DNA from: Callorhinchus milii
Lineage: Eukaryota
DNA length: 64,000 nt
Reading direction: 5' to 3'
NCBI RefSeq assembly: GCF_018977255.1
Contig: NW_024704742.1
Span: 92,444,001 to 92,508,000, forward strand
The position numbers were made by a program, and so were the translations under genes. This document shows positions 63,312-64,000 of this stretch, piece by piece; position 1 is the stretch's first letter, and each line of letters opens with the position of its first letter. Under the pieces are notes generated by a model. That model made no database searches. It worked only from the letters and a program-made list of their open reading frames with translations, and was not told where the DNA came from.

Positions 63312-64000
63312 AAATAGCAAAGCCTTAAACAACTGGACAGCAAAGAGGCATTAAACATCTGAGTAACATTGCTGGCATTCTGGTAATCATCAGTTTGAAG
63401 GAAAGCACTGCACTGTATCAGGTTGTTTCTCTTTGCAGAACTCTGCTGCTGCCAACTTGGAGAGAGTTGGAAACAGACGGATACACTAGTTATTTGGGGG
63501 GATGGATTCCTATAGTTTCCAAAAGAGAGCAACGTGAGAAAGGGGGGTGTGTGGAGGTCTCAGCAAAAGAGGCATTGAATGTTCAATTGGCATCGTTAAA
63601 ACTATATAGATCAGCATATGTGACTTCTCTCCCTCCCTTTCCCAGTTTTCTAAGGGACAAACCATTTAAAAAAACATGAGGGACAAAAGTGGGTCTAAAT
63701 GACGTGACTGTGTTTACAATAACATTGCGGAGCAGGGATAGGAAGACAAGCAATTCCCACCCCCTCCAAAAATCCAGGATGTTTTTGCAATGAGTTCAGA
63801 GCATTTTACAACCAGAACAAAACAATAATTGCCCTTGCAGGATACTGGGAGCACAGAGGGGTCCCTGGATTCATAACTGGGAACTGGATAATGATATCAA
63901 GCTATCTACTGAGATCATGTTCACTGAATCTTAGCCCAAAAGACTATTTTCTCATAAAATTTTTAAAGGCTTGTGGAAAATTCTCTATATAATTTGGATG

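Noticed and set aside
62984..63323. Target-site duplication (agcaaagc) around the last SINE
   Set aside because: The copies are not flush with the element ends.

Overview
Vertebrate genomic DNA, most likely a cartilaginous fish. A chimaera such as Callorhinchus is inferred from the SINE/LINE2/CR1/Penelope repeat mix; this was not verified. Two spliced protein-coding genes can be built directly from the sequence, in convergent orientation. (1) ANP32B on + (coding exons 2-7, 12537-23396; exon 1 lies upstream of the window). (2) A glutaredoxin-like C5orf63 orthologue on - (three coding exons, 42286-38763, 114 aa, CPLC motif), which the ORF track misses entirely. Its GC-rich promoter at ~44.4-45.0 kb carries a 42-bp minisatellite that repeats a perfect PBX-PREP/MEIS decamer seven times. 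The rest is mostly intron/intergenic DNA filled with a tRNA-Ala-headed, LINE2-tailed Deu-type SINE, LINE2 and CR1 fragments, one Penelope-like element, MITE-like inverted repeats, an unclassified dispersed repeat and minisatellites. Most ORF-track entries are repeat-derived or spurious. I found no convincing new multi-gene system. The best leads are regulatory or structural: the decamer array, a possible long ANP32B 3'UTR, alternative splice sites, hairpins, and a hypothetical three-exon minus-strand transcript at 55-61 kb. Repeat boundaries are approximate (by eye); exon boundaries were counted base by base.
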